A DNA stretch of 51,875 nt from positions 79,254,598 to 79,306,472 of the forward strand of contig NC_068991.1 in NCBI RefSeq assembly GCF_001194135.2, read 5' to 3'. The stretch comes from Octopus bimaculoides. Lineage: Eukaryota. The notes under the pieces are model-generated. The model was not told the origin of the DNA, made no database searches, and saw only the letters and a list, made by a program, of their open reading frames with translations. Of the stretch, positions 25,905 to 37,666 are shown piece after piece. Position 1 is the stretch's first letter. Every line of letters begins with the position of its first letter. Position numbers and translations under genes: made by a program.

Positions 25905-26696
25905 ATATATGTATACATGTCTCTTAAAGGATAGAGCTCAAAATCAATGCATTGAAGATACTTTATTGCAGCAACAATTATAATAACAGAAACAACAGCA
26001 ATAAGCCAAACCTATGCACATTTCAATAGGGTATCCCGGAAAAATAAACCACATCATAAGATGTCTCGTAAAATATTGTAACAAATTACAACATACTACA
26101 AATTTCTGGATACTCCATCTCATCAGGGTCGCATTATTACCATCACCAATACTATTATATATATATNNNNNNNNNNNNNNNNNNNNNNNNNNNNNNNNNN
26201 NNNNNNNNNNNNNNNNNNNNNNNNNNNNNNNNNNNNNNNNNNNNNNNNNNNNNNNNNNNNNNNNNNNNNNNNNNNNNNNNNNNNNNNNNNNNNNNNNNNN
26301 NNNNNNNNNNNNNNNNNNNNNNNNNNNNNNNNNNNNNNNNNNNNNNNNNNNNNNNNNNNNNNNNNNNNNNNNNNNNNNNNNNNNNNNNNNNNNNNNNNNN
26401 NNNNATTCTTTCACCCTCTTGGATGATGTGTGTGTTTTGCTAATAATAGTATTGGTGATGGCAATAATGCGACCCTGATGAGATGGAGTATCCAGAAATT
26501 TGTAGTATGTTGTAATTTGTTACAATATTTTACGAGACATCTTATGATGTGGTTTATTTTTCCGGGATACCCTATTGAAATGTGCATAGGTTTGGCTTAT
26601 TGTGGTTGTTTCTGTTATTATAATTGTTGCTGCAATAAAGTATCTTCAATGCATTGATTTTGAGCTCTATCCTTTAAGAGACATGTATACATATAT
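25905..26696. repeat. Near-identical ~255-bp inverted duplication flanking an N-gap
   Basis: 25905-26160 is the reverse complement of 26443-26696 with only a few mismatches; gap at 26167-26404. Confidence 0.9.
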
Positions 26697-26722
26697 AAAC
26701 ATATGTATATATATGTATATGC

Positions 26723-26755
<33 letters not shown>

Positions 26756-28299
26756 TACACACATACATACAGGCACACAAAGACACACAAACACAAACAC
26801 ACAGGAAAGAACCAAGCATAAGAGCAACTAATATGGACGTAAAATGTCTGTTACTCAAAATGATATTAGATCAATTGTCATATTACATTATAAATAATAT
26901 GAATTCTAATATCCTTCGTAATTATGTGTCAAAGGCGACTCAGTTTAAACGAAATATGAGTCTAACGCAAATATTGAATTGCAGACAATTTAAGTGGCAT
27001 TTTTTCAAGAAATATTATATAATGCTTCAAATAATGAACATTATTTGCATGCAAGTTGGCAGCTATGATTTCGCATACACTTATTCAAAACAATCCCGCC
27101 ACGACCATCATAACTTTAAACAGAGTGATTCCACTCAGTATTACATTGTCAAAATTGTCTTATTTTGAGAGACACTAAGCTATAATTTGAGAGTAATTTG
27201 ATAAGTATAAGGATAAGAGAGCAAATAATTAAGGTGCATGGCTCGTTTTCATTTCAGATTATATATGACTTTCCTCAAAGCAACAAAACTGTTTTCATAT
27301 GCAATGCATATAATATGAGTAAGTACACACACATTGATTAATGAAGCCAACTACCTTCAAGTATAACCGCTGCAGATGCATTACTGTACCACATTGAAAC
27401 AAAGAGAACAGATTTCATGGTTGCTCAAAGGAATTAGTTGACCAATCTCTCCCAACAAAAAAAAACAAAAACATGACATCCTTTATTTAAGCGAGTACAC
27501 AATAGATCATTCGGTAATGTAAACCTAAAGAGCTCTAGAAAAATACGATTATCACGGTTGCTTATAAATTTGTTTTTTTTCAAAGCTGAGTAGGACTAAA
27601 CAACATTAAAATGCTATCATTTACAATCGTTCAAATACGGTAGTTGAATAATATTCTTAAGCCTGCAATTTACTCACATCTTCAGAGCTTTGTCGCTAAT
27701 TCAGTTCTTAACAAAATTGAAAATCGTTACCATTTTTGAAGAAGTCTGGTCCCTAGATACATTTTGGCATAAACAAAACTGAGATTGGCCCAGTAGGAAA
27801 AAGTTGACATTAAAATGTGTAGCGACGTAATTAGCGCCTCCAATCAAGTTTAGGTCTAAATAACTTATTTATTTTAAAAGCAAAATATGTTTATCTTAGT
27901 TTCAATGATAGACGAAAGCATGAGGAATTTCATAGTTTTGAACTCATGCAGCAAAAATGTGTATCAAAAAAGTTGTGAGGTAAAATATGAAAAAATATAA
28001 GTAAGGCAAAAAATTGGACTTAAGTATAATTAACTTTTTTAGCTTAAAAACAAATTATATTTTAATTAAGCTTAAATGATAGAGCTCAATTCGAGGAATT
28101 TGATGGTATTAATTTCATGCAATGAAGTTTTAAAAGAAAAAAAAAGTTATGAGTGTTTGTTTCTCAAATTGGAGGGTGATAATATAGTTCTATATATTTT
28201 TATGAATATAGTTCTGTAAAGGGGACTTCTAATATATGTCACAGGAATCATTGAGGTAAAGAAAAAATTATCAATGACACCGCCAATTTACAATTAGTT

Positions 28300-28996
28300 T
28301 AATTACATCTCTAAAAGCACAGGACACGTTATTACACTTGGAAAAGTTCAGGACAATTTATTAAATCTGCTAAAGTACAGAACAAGAAAATATTTACTTA
28401 AAATATTATAGCTAAGGATAAAATTTGAATATTAAAAATTATTCGATTTTAATTTAAAAGTAACATTATAATTTTAAAAAGGCACCATCATTTTGTTAAA
28501 ATATTGACACACTAGAATACTTAAAAAATGAGAGACAGAAGTACCAATATAGCTAAGATTTTATGCAAAGTAGAATAGTATATATAGTAGGCAAATTCAT
28601 TATGCAAAAAAACAGGCATTGAGTCAAGACTAGAAACGTGAAGACTTGGCAATAACTTAGGCAATAACTCAAGCATTTTTGTACTAATTATGTACTACTA
28701 TTATTTTTTATAGCCAATTTTCAAATTTCTAAATATTAATAATTTAAAAATTGTTTTTTTTTTTGAAGTGCAAAGTATCTTAATTGAGTTATTTTATATT
28801 TTCAATAGAAGTAACAAGTAATAACAGATAGAGTTGATAACTTGTAATAAAAATTTTAGTTATAATAAAACCTAATATTTTCTAAATCTAAATATTTATT
28901 TGAAATTTTATCCTTAGCTGCAATATTTTAAATAAAAGTTTACTTGTTCTGTACTTCAGCCGATGTAATAACTTGTCCTGTACTTTTCCGAGTTTA
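28300..28996. mobile_element. Degenerate MITE/foldback with ~100-bp subrepeat-containing inverted arms
   Basis: 28332-28432 aligns with the reverse complement of 28895-28996 (roughly 80-85% by eye); an extra GGAAAAGTACAGGACAAGTTATTACA-like unit lies to the left. Confidence 0.6.
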
Positions 28997-29208
28997 CAAT
29001 CTGAAGGAAATTATATCTCTTGCTCGCATTTTTCCGTGTAATATAATAACATTGACACTCAAGCGTCGCAGAACCAATGATGTTTGAGCTTTATTCACAC
29101 GATAATTATATCATTGATTTCTAAGATGTGCATGAAAGACTAGAATTTCGGAAGGAAACTATCGACAAAATCGATCCTAGTACGAGGCCGCTATATTATC
29201 ATGAGTAG

Positions 29209-29268
<60 letters not shown>

Positions 29269-29620
29269 CGAAAGTCAATCGAATTTGGACGACATGTGAA
29301 AAAAAACAGTGTAAGCCATTTTGTACCATCACCTCAACGACATTTAAAGTTAGAAATAAAGACAAACTATTATTCATCTTAAGATGTATATTATATATTA
29401 AAATAATATATATACTTTTTCCGAAACTGTTTTAATTCAAATTGTATCAAAAACTTGCAGCTTGTCTTGCGTTCCCTGGAAACAACGATAATAGAATCGA
29501 AGCAGGGAGGCGGGGCTAATTACCAAAATTAATATTACTGATATGTTGTTTTCCCCATTTAAACTCGTTCAACAGCATGAAAATAAAAATGAATTATATG
29601 CATCTAAACCCTATTTTAGT

Positions 29621-29659
<39 letters not shown>

Positions 29660-31651
29660 TATTTTAGTCTTATATAAAGAGTAGAATTTTCTAAAATATT
29701 GATTAATAACTTGGGGATGCTCCAGAGTTGCCAGATCGATGACGTAAAGAACAAATTGCAGAGAAATAGGAATTAGCTTTCTTTCCTAGTAATACAGCGT
29801 AAAGTCAGAGACTTTACGCAATACAAATCAAAATATGGTTTTGGGTATTTAACATTTTATGTGAAAGTAACCGACCGCTTCTGTATTTTAAAGTCAATTA
29901 ATGGTATTTGTGAGATTACAGAATCAATTTGAATTGTTAATGTAATCTTGAAATGTCACTCAACCACAGAAAATTATTCATAGAAGTAAAACTGCATTTG
30001 CGATTAGTTTTATCATTTAATAAATTTTATAAAACATCCCTGACATTAGAAACAGCAAGCGTTAACGATTAACATCTGCTTAGGCATCGAATCTTCGTTT
30101 TATATATGGGAGATATCAATACCTATTAAGTATTGGATATGAGAAAAAGATTATTTGGAGTGGTGATAGAGGTGACAGCCATTTGGGTAGTCTGTTGTTA
30201 TTGTGACAGAATTTTGAATGACAGTTTTTGAGGAAAGGTGAATCGCGGATCGAATAATGTTATAAATAACAACGTTCTTATTGCATCCACAATTTTTCGA
30301 GAAATTAGGTTTCTGACGGTATGTATTTCGTACTATGATTAATACAGCAAATACGAATTAATATGAAGTGAGAATTTTAGTTTCATAGGAGGCAAGGTTG
30401 ACTCGCATGGTCATTGCGGCACCCAATACAAAATGTCTGATTATTTGTTATATGTTTCTATACCACTTAACACACTATAAAAGGAGCGCAACTGGCTTCC
30501 TGTTATATGATTCAATGCAATAACAGATTCTCAGTAATTGCCCTTTACATAACAAATATAATTTCTGTTAGGAAGCAACTGTGTAAATATGATTTTGAAC
30601 AACAGGTAGTTCGGGTTTAAATCTCATGTGTGTATTTTATAAATATATTTTATAAAATTTTCTAAAGACATTATAAAGACATATATACATTTAACTGCAT
30701 CCTCGCTGCGGCTTTAAAAATATAACTTAGCCACTCGATAATATCTATGTGCGGGGCATGAACGATCAAAGCCACTGATGGTAATGCCTCCAAAATGGAA
30801 TCTCAGCAATAATCGTAACTAGCAATACAAGATGAAAAATAAATTATGAATATATAAATACAGTGATTGCATGTTTCTAATGTAAATCTCAAACAAAAAT
30901 GTTTCTACTTATAGGGACTAAGATCAGATTTCTAAAGCACGAAGAAACGTCGGAAAAAGATTTTACAAATGAACAATGGGCTTCCATCTTGTTTTTCCAT
31001 TTTTAGTTTCCATTCTATGTACATTTTAGCAATATTTTCTCAAATTTATAAAAAAAAAAAAAATGAGTAAAAAACGATATGTTGCCGTAATACGTATATG
31101 CTTCTTGTGAAGAAACTACTGACTTGCATTCACTGAATTGGAGCCATATTGAAAACAGGAAGTGTTTTTGAAAAACCAAAATATATTTAGATTTCACATA
31201 AAACCGAAACTTCTAAAAAGTATTCAAACACAATGATACACAATGATTTTTTCTTCAGTTTTCCCTGTGTTGTAAAAATGTATGAGGATTCTTGCAGTTT
31301 TATCTGCGAGAGAATTGGATTTTCATACACCAAAAGTTTTTTTCCCTTTTATTCCACATACTCATCATCCCGAATATATTTTGCAAATTTGAAGAATAAT
31401 AACAGGGAATATTTTTAAAAAAAACCTGCTTTATTTAGGATATAACAACATCATTATAATTTTAATTTAGTTGTGTCTTTACAAAGGCTCTATTTTCAAA
31501 ATGAGGATCATGTTTATTTAACTGTTAGTTTTTCTCCATTGAATGAACACGACTTTGATAAAGAAGAATGTAAAGACACCTGCTTTAGGAATAGGTAGTT
31601 ATACATACACACACATATGTATGTGTATATATGTGTATATATATATATATA

Positions 31652-32540
31652 TATTAGAGGAAATGGACATCAAAATTAAGGCAAAATGATTATCTCAAGT
31701 TATTTATAAGTTAATTAAGGTAAGGTGAATTTGACGTCTTACTCTTCCTTTAGGGATATCCCAAGTGATAGGCTAGCATGTCCGTACACTGGGTATTCAG
31801 TCATCATAGACAAAGTGAGTAGTCTGAAAGTTCTAGACATGGAAATTCATAGTTTATAAGGAATGAAATAGAAAAATAAAGACTAAAAGTGGATAGAAGA
31901 ATAGAGACAGGAGAATAAAATGTTTTATTATTTATTCTTTGATTTTGATTTTTCTTTACTGTCGCTCTCAGTCCTTCTTACTTGCACCTATCCCATTCCT
32001 GTCATTCTTCTCTTTTTTCTCCCATTTTCCCTCTCTTTCTCCTCCCTCTTCTATCCACTCATAACCCATTTCTGTCTTCTTGATATCTGTCTTTCTCACT
32101 CTACATACCCACGCGGACCATTTACATATTAGCTAATCACTTCAACATGAAACACATCATTCAAAATATTGCTAAACTACTGCCTGGGTTTACCTGGAAT
32201 TATACCAAAAGGCCTATACCTTTACGGAAGTACGGACCAACCCTCTGGGAAAAGATAAGCTGTGAACTTTATTCTCCTGTCTGTATTCTTATATCTACGT
32301 TACTCTCTATTCTTCTATTTTATTCCTTGTAAACTGTGAATTTCTTTGTCCAGAACTTTCATACATACTCACCTTGTCTCTAATGACGGAAAACCCAGTG
32401 TACGGACATGCTAGCCTATCACTTGGGATATCCAAGAAACAGCTGTAAGACTTCAAATTCACTTTACCCTAATTAATTTTTTATAAATGACTTGAGATAC
32501 TCGTCCTGCTTTGTTATTTTTTTTCCCTTTTCCTCTAATA
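31652..32540. mobile_element. Foldback element with ~270-bp inverted arms and ~350-bp spacer
   Basis: 31652-31919 versus reverse complement of 32268-32540; a 41-bp core is identical; TA at both outer ends. Confidence 0.85.
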
Positions 32541-32672
32541 TATACACATAACACGGAAGCCTAATACAGATCCGTAGGTCCAGCCTCAGCTGTGACCTTG
32601 AAACCAACGAATGACCAATTATAGAATTTACTCAGCGTACCTATTCGTGTAGACCACCAGTGAACTAAACAC

Positions 32673-32718
<46 letters not shown>

Positions 32719-35192
32719 TAATCATTCGGATTTTTAGTATATGTCTATTATTACACCGATTAAAGCACATTCGCCGTTTGGGTTACCTGATGTCATCCAT
32801 AGTTACGGTGTAATTTTCACTGGATCTACTTAGGGATTTCTGCAGTGTTTGTTTGGTTTATAAATAACGAGAGAAACGGAATATGGGTTTGGTACGAATC
32901 TTTATTCAGCACGATGACCATTTCTATCCATCCTAGAGCTGACCCTTACGGTTAGAATACTGTGCATCTAGTTGTGTTGCAGCAATCGTTGCAGCCTGTG
33001 TCCCCTCAGGTGTTTGGTATAAAAGGTATCCAACTCCATATATTGAGTTTCTCCTGACATGTTGTACCCTCACGTAGTATATGGACATACTGACAGAGAG
33101 TAGAATAATTCTGGGGTTATAAACTGCCGATATGTTTGGCGACATATGACATAAATTAAAGGATAGAAAATAAAAGGTGTCAAATGATAAGACTTGAAAG
33201 TTAAAAGAAGGATGTGCATACATTCGTTATCCGAATGTGGACGTATACACATCTTTCTTCCTTATAATATATAAAAATATCATCTTTCAATATTAGTTTA
33301 CATTTAGCCACTAATAATCTTGCCCTTGAGATAAAACTTGGAACAAAATTATTTTAAATAAATACGAAATCTTGCCGCCGGCGCTGTGTTGTACGAAAGT
33401 TTCATAGAATTACAAACAAACGTATATCATAAATATCATCAGATGAGGTGACGTTAGATAGTGCTTCTCGGTATTATAATGGTAAATTTTCGAATAGCGA
33501 CATTACAGCTATATTTCTGTGTATTATCTGCTCTACTATATCCGAGCGTAAAGAGGACAAAAGTATAGATTTTTCTGTGTACATTATAGCAGGAACTTTA
33601 CACTATGGAGCAAACCTTTCGTAATAGTTTTGAATGCAATGTCCTTACTCTTTTGAATGGATTTTATATATCTAAGATTCTTAGATGCAATCCGAGTAAG
33701 GTGGGCTGTTTCTCCTTCCCTTCCAGTGCCCCAGTGCATCCAGACAGTATGCCAATATATGATATTGGTTCGACAGAGAGCTTCATCAATGATTCTTTCT
33801 AATAAGATATTCAGAAATATAAGAACCAGAGATAATTCTTGCTACGTTTAAGTAAAATAGTTAAATTTTTGAGAATGCACCAAATTATCTATCGGACAGC
33901 CTCCGACACAAACTTGAATGATAAATCTATACTGAAGGCATGCGTTACAATATTTAGAATACTAAGGAAATGATGTACCTAACATCTCCCTATCTGAGAG
34001 ATTTGTAAGATTGCAAGACGTAAAAACGTTATTTTTTGCAGACTTACGATATTTCAACAAGCAGAGATATTTTAAAGACTTTCCTTATATATTCTCGCAC
34101 CTATGTTCTCCTTCATTCTTATTTTCTTTAAGCATTTCTATAGTTGAGTATAACGATATCTTGTTGTCCCCGATCGTTTTCAAATAACAGTTGCATATTA
34201 CAATCAGAAAGATGGTTGTGATTCATTTCATCCAAACAGCATTTTTTGTGATGTTCAGACACAAGATTCATATCTACTGTTAAGTACCATTAAAAATAAA
34301 CGTTTTACGACAAACAACAATATGCTCCTTGTAGTGATTTGTGGGGCTTTAACTTTCCATGCATTATATAAAACATTCAGTTTTGAGAGCTCTCATTTCT
34401 TGCTCTAATTTACAACTACACATGTGCACACAAAATGAATCTCACAAACGCATATGGAAGACTTGTGTAAGTATCAAACTAATTACTACTCACAAACAAT
34501 CACACTGATGCACACTTACGGCCACACGCGCCTATATATGCATCTTTCTCTAAATATATCTCTTATTCACTTTCGCTGATGTGTATATATGTATGTATAT
34601 ATATGTCATCCTTATACGTGGGCGCTTATAATCTCAAGCAGTGCAAATCTATAGTTAACTAATAGTAGTTTTCCGATAGCTTGTCATTGTAATATATCTC
34701 CCAACAGGTTTTACAGGTCATCACGAACATCACTGGGGAAAGTACGCTTGCAGATAACATACGCATACGATAAAAAAAGGTTTTATTATTCATATAAATA
34801 TATATATATATACGTATATATATACACGTATATTCCCCCCCACACACACACACATACATACATATATGTGTAAAACAAAAGCAGGAAAATATAACAGGAA
34901 AAAAAAGTTCGTTGTAGCAACGAGCTAGTGGTATTTTGTATTAATACAAGCGAGAAGATATAAACACATATATATACATACGTGATAGATGCATACACAT
35001 GCATTTATATATATATATATATATATATCTATATATATATATACATATATCTATACATATATATATATTTATATATATATATTTATATATATATATATTT
35101 ATATATGTATCTATATATTTATGCATATATACTTATATAGACATAAGTACATATATATATACATGCATATATATTCATTCATNNNNNNNNNN

Positions 35193-35241
<49 letters not shown>

Positions 35242-35520
35242 CATATATATATATACATATATATATGACCGTTTTGATCTAATCTTATATTTGTATATAT
35301 TTGTATTTCTCCTTTGTTTATTCGTATAGTTACTGGTTGTCCTTGTCTCTCAGTATAACTTGGACTTATATAAATCTTCTACTTGCTACATAGGTGAATA
35401 TAATCAGGAAGCCCCACCTAACTTTAATAACCTAATCATTACTTTCTAAATAAATGCGCACAGGAACACACTCACACACATATATATATATATATAAAAT
35501 ACATACATACATACACACCC

Positions 35521-35565
<45 letters not shown>

Positions 35566-36539
35566 AACACACATATATACATGTGTTTGTATATATATAT
35601 ATATATATATATATGGATATATCTAAACACAGACACTCACACACACACGTGTGTATGTGTATTTTCTCTTCCTATCACTCAAACACACAAAGAATAAAAA
35701 GAAAACGGGCGTAAGTCAGGCAGAGAGTACAAACACTGGAGTTTGTGTACATTCGTGTTTGTGTGTGTGTGTTCGTATGTGTGTGTGTTCGTGTGTATTT
35801 GTTACTAAGACAGGAAAAAGCGAATTATAAAAAAAAAATCGAAATTAATGCGGCAATATAACAAACAACAACGACAAAAAAAACAGAAAGACGAATACTG
35901 AAACATATAAAAAATCGTTTTGATGAAGCAGGTGAAAAATCCGATAATGTCAGGTCGAAGCTCTTAATCTTCTCGTTGTTTTGCAACTTTGTCCCTGTGC
36001 AAATTAGATGCACTTGACTGAAAGCTTTCTATATGATAGAAACATCTCATTGATCCCTTGGAACGGATATTGTGTATGTTGTTATACGAAACGAGTTAGA
36101 AAAGAGCGTATGGCATTCTATATATGGCCGTTGGAAATAAAGATACACTGTGTGTGTGTGTGTGCGTGTGAGAAAGAGAAGAGGGAAGGAAAGCTAAAAG
36201 TCAAATAGGGAGAGAAAGGTAAGAGTGTGAGAGCGAAAGACAGGGTGTGTTTGGGGAGAGTCAGTTTGAAATATCAATTTGATGGAGTACATAAATATCT
36301 GTGTGTATGTGTTAGGAGTTTTAAGGCGAGACTATATCTGTCTATCCATTCTATTTTATGGCACGAACGCGCCCATACACACATATACACGCGCACACAT
36401 TAACTTCATACACGCACGCGTCCTTGCGCACAGACACACTTGTCTTGTCTGCCTTGCTATCCACATCTCAGACCAACTTCCTCCTCACCCGGTTATATCA
36501 GTGTGCTTGAAAACTCCGACACGTATATTTTCTCTCCAT

Positions 36540-36680
36540 CTTTCCTCTATCCTCATTTATCGTCTCTGACTCGGAGCGCAGATTCGAAATGTTAAACTTC
36601 TTTTCATTTTACCTGATCGTCAATGTAATACACCCTGTTATTAGTTCTTACACCGCATTTTTGCATGGTTTTGTATTTTG
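36540..36680 (+). mobile_element. Decayed copy of the repeat at 51700-51875
   Basis: CTGACTCGGAGCGCAGATTCGAAATGTTAAAC resembles CTGTGGAACAGCGTAGGCTCGAAACGTTAAAG; the downstream sequence is also similar. Confidence 0.4.
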
Positions 36681-37196
36681 GAATGGGACCATATTATATA
36701 TGTATGCATGTATATATGAACATGCATATATATGTATGCAGAAGTAGTCGAGAAATAAGAATCCTCTAAACATGTAATATACTTAACAGAACAATTAGAA
36801 TTTCAGTGAGAGATAACTTATGACCATGAGAACACAAGTTACAAAAGGCTCAGAGTCAACTAAGACAAAAGAAAGGTATACATCCCATTTCCAGCTGCTA
36901 CGCAGTTATAGTCATGGTTTCCATACTTGGACAGTTTCATTCTATTTGCTGGTGCTAGCAGCTTAAGAAGACATAAATAGTGCCTGGAAATTATCAGACG
37001 AGATTAGATTATGATTACAACTGTTTATTGGCGCAAAAGATAAATACAAACATCAAATCTCAAGCATATATTGAAACTCAACTATAGGACATAGAAATTT
37101 AAACAATATGACATATGCAAAAACAGACAATATCATAATATTGCTACATGAAGAGACATACATACACACATACTAAATGTGTACATAGGTGCATAC

Positions 37197-37666
37197 TAAT
37201 GCAGTACGACCGTTTCAAGCGGCTCCATTTAATTGAACAATGCAATCATTACATCAATTTAACTGCAATGCCATCTTCAGCTATACAAATAAATAAATGG
37301 AATTTTAACAAGTAGGATACAATAATATATTTTTTCTCAAATATTTTAACAGAGCAAGAAGATGGAAGAAAATCATGTTGTCGCTATTGTAGCTTAGAAT
37401 AACCTACAACTTCTAAATGATAGTGTTGTATATGCTCCATGCGATTCTTAGAAGATGTAGTCTATTCTTAGCTACAATAGCGACAACATGAATTTCTTCC
37501 ATCTGCTTGTCTGTGAAAATATCTAAGAAAAATTGTATTAATGTGTCCTACGAGTTAAAGTTCCATTTATTTTTTGTGCTGCTGAAGATGGTACTGCATT
37601 TAAATGGGTGTAATAATTGCAAATGTTCAATTAAACGGTGTCGCTTGAAACGGTCGTACTGCATTA
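37197..37666. mobile_element. Foldback MITE, almost entirely palindromic
   Basis: Arms 37197-37416 and 37448-37666, 31-nt loop; the outer 25 bp TAATGCAGTACGACCGTTTCAAGCG are identical. Confidence 0.9.

Noticed and set aside
26470-26510. CTGATGA...GAAA hammerhead-like motif in the inverted duplication
   Set aside because: A stem II can be drawn (TGGA/TCCA), but stem I does not form and there are two extra core nucleotides.
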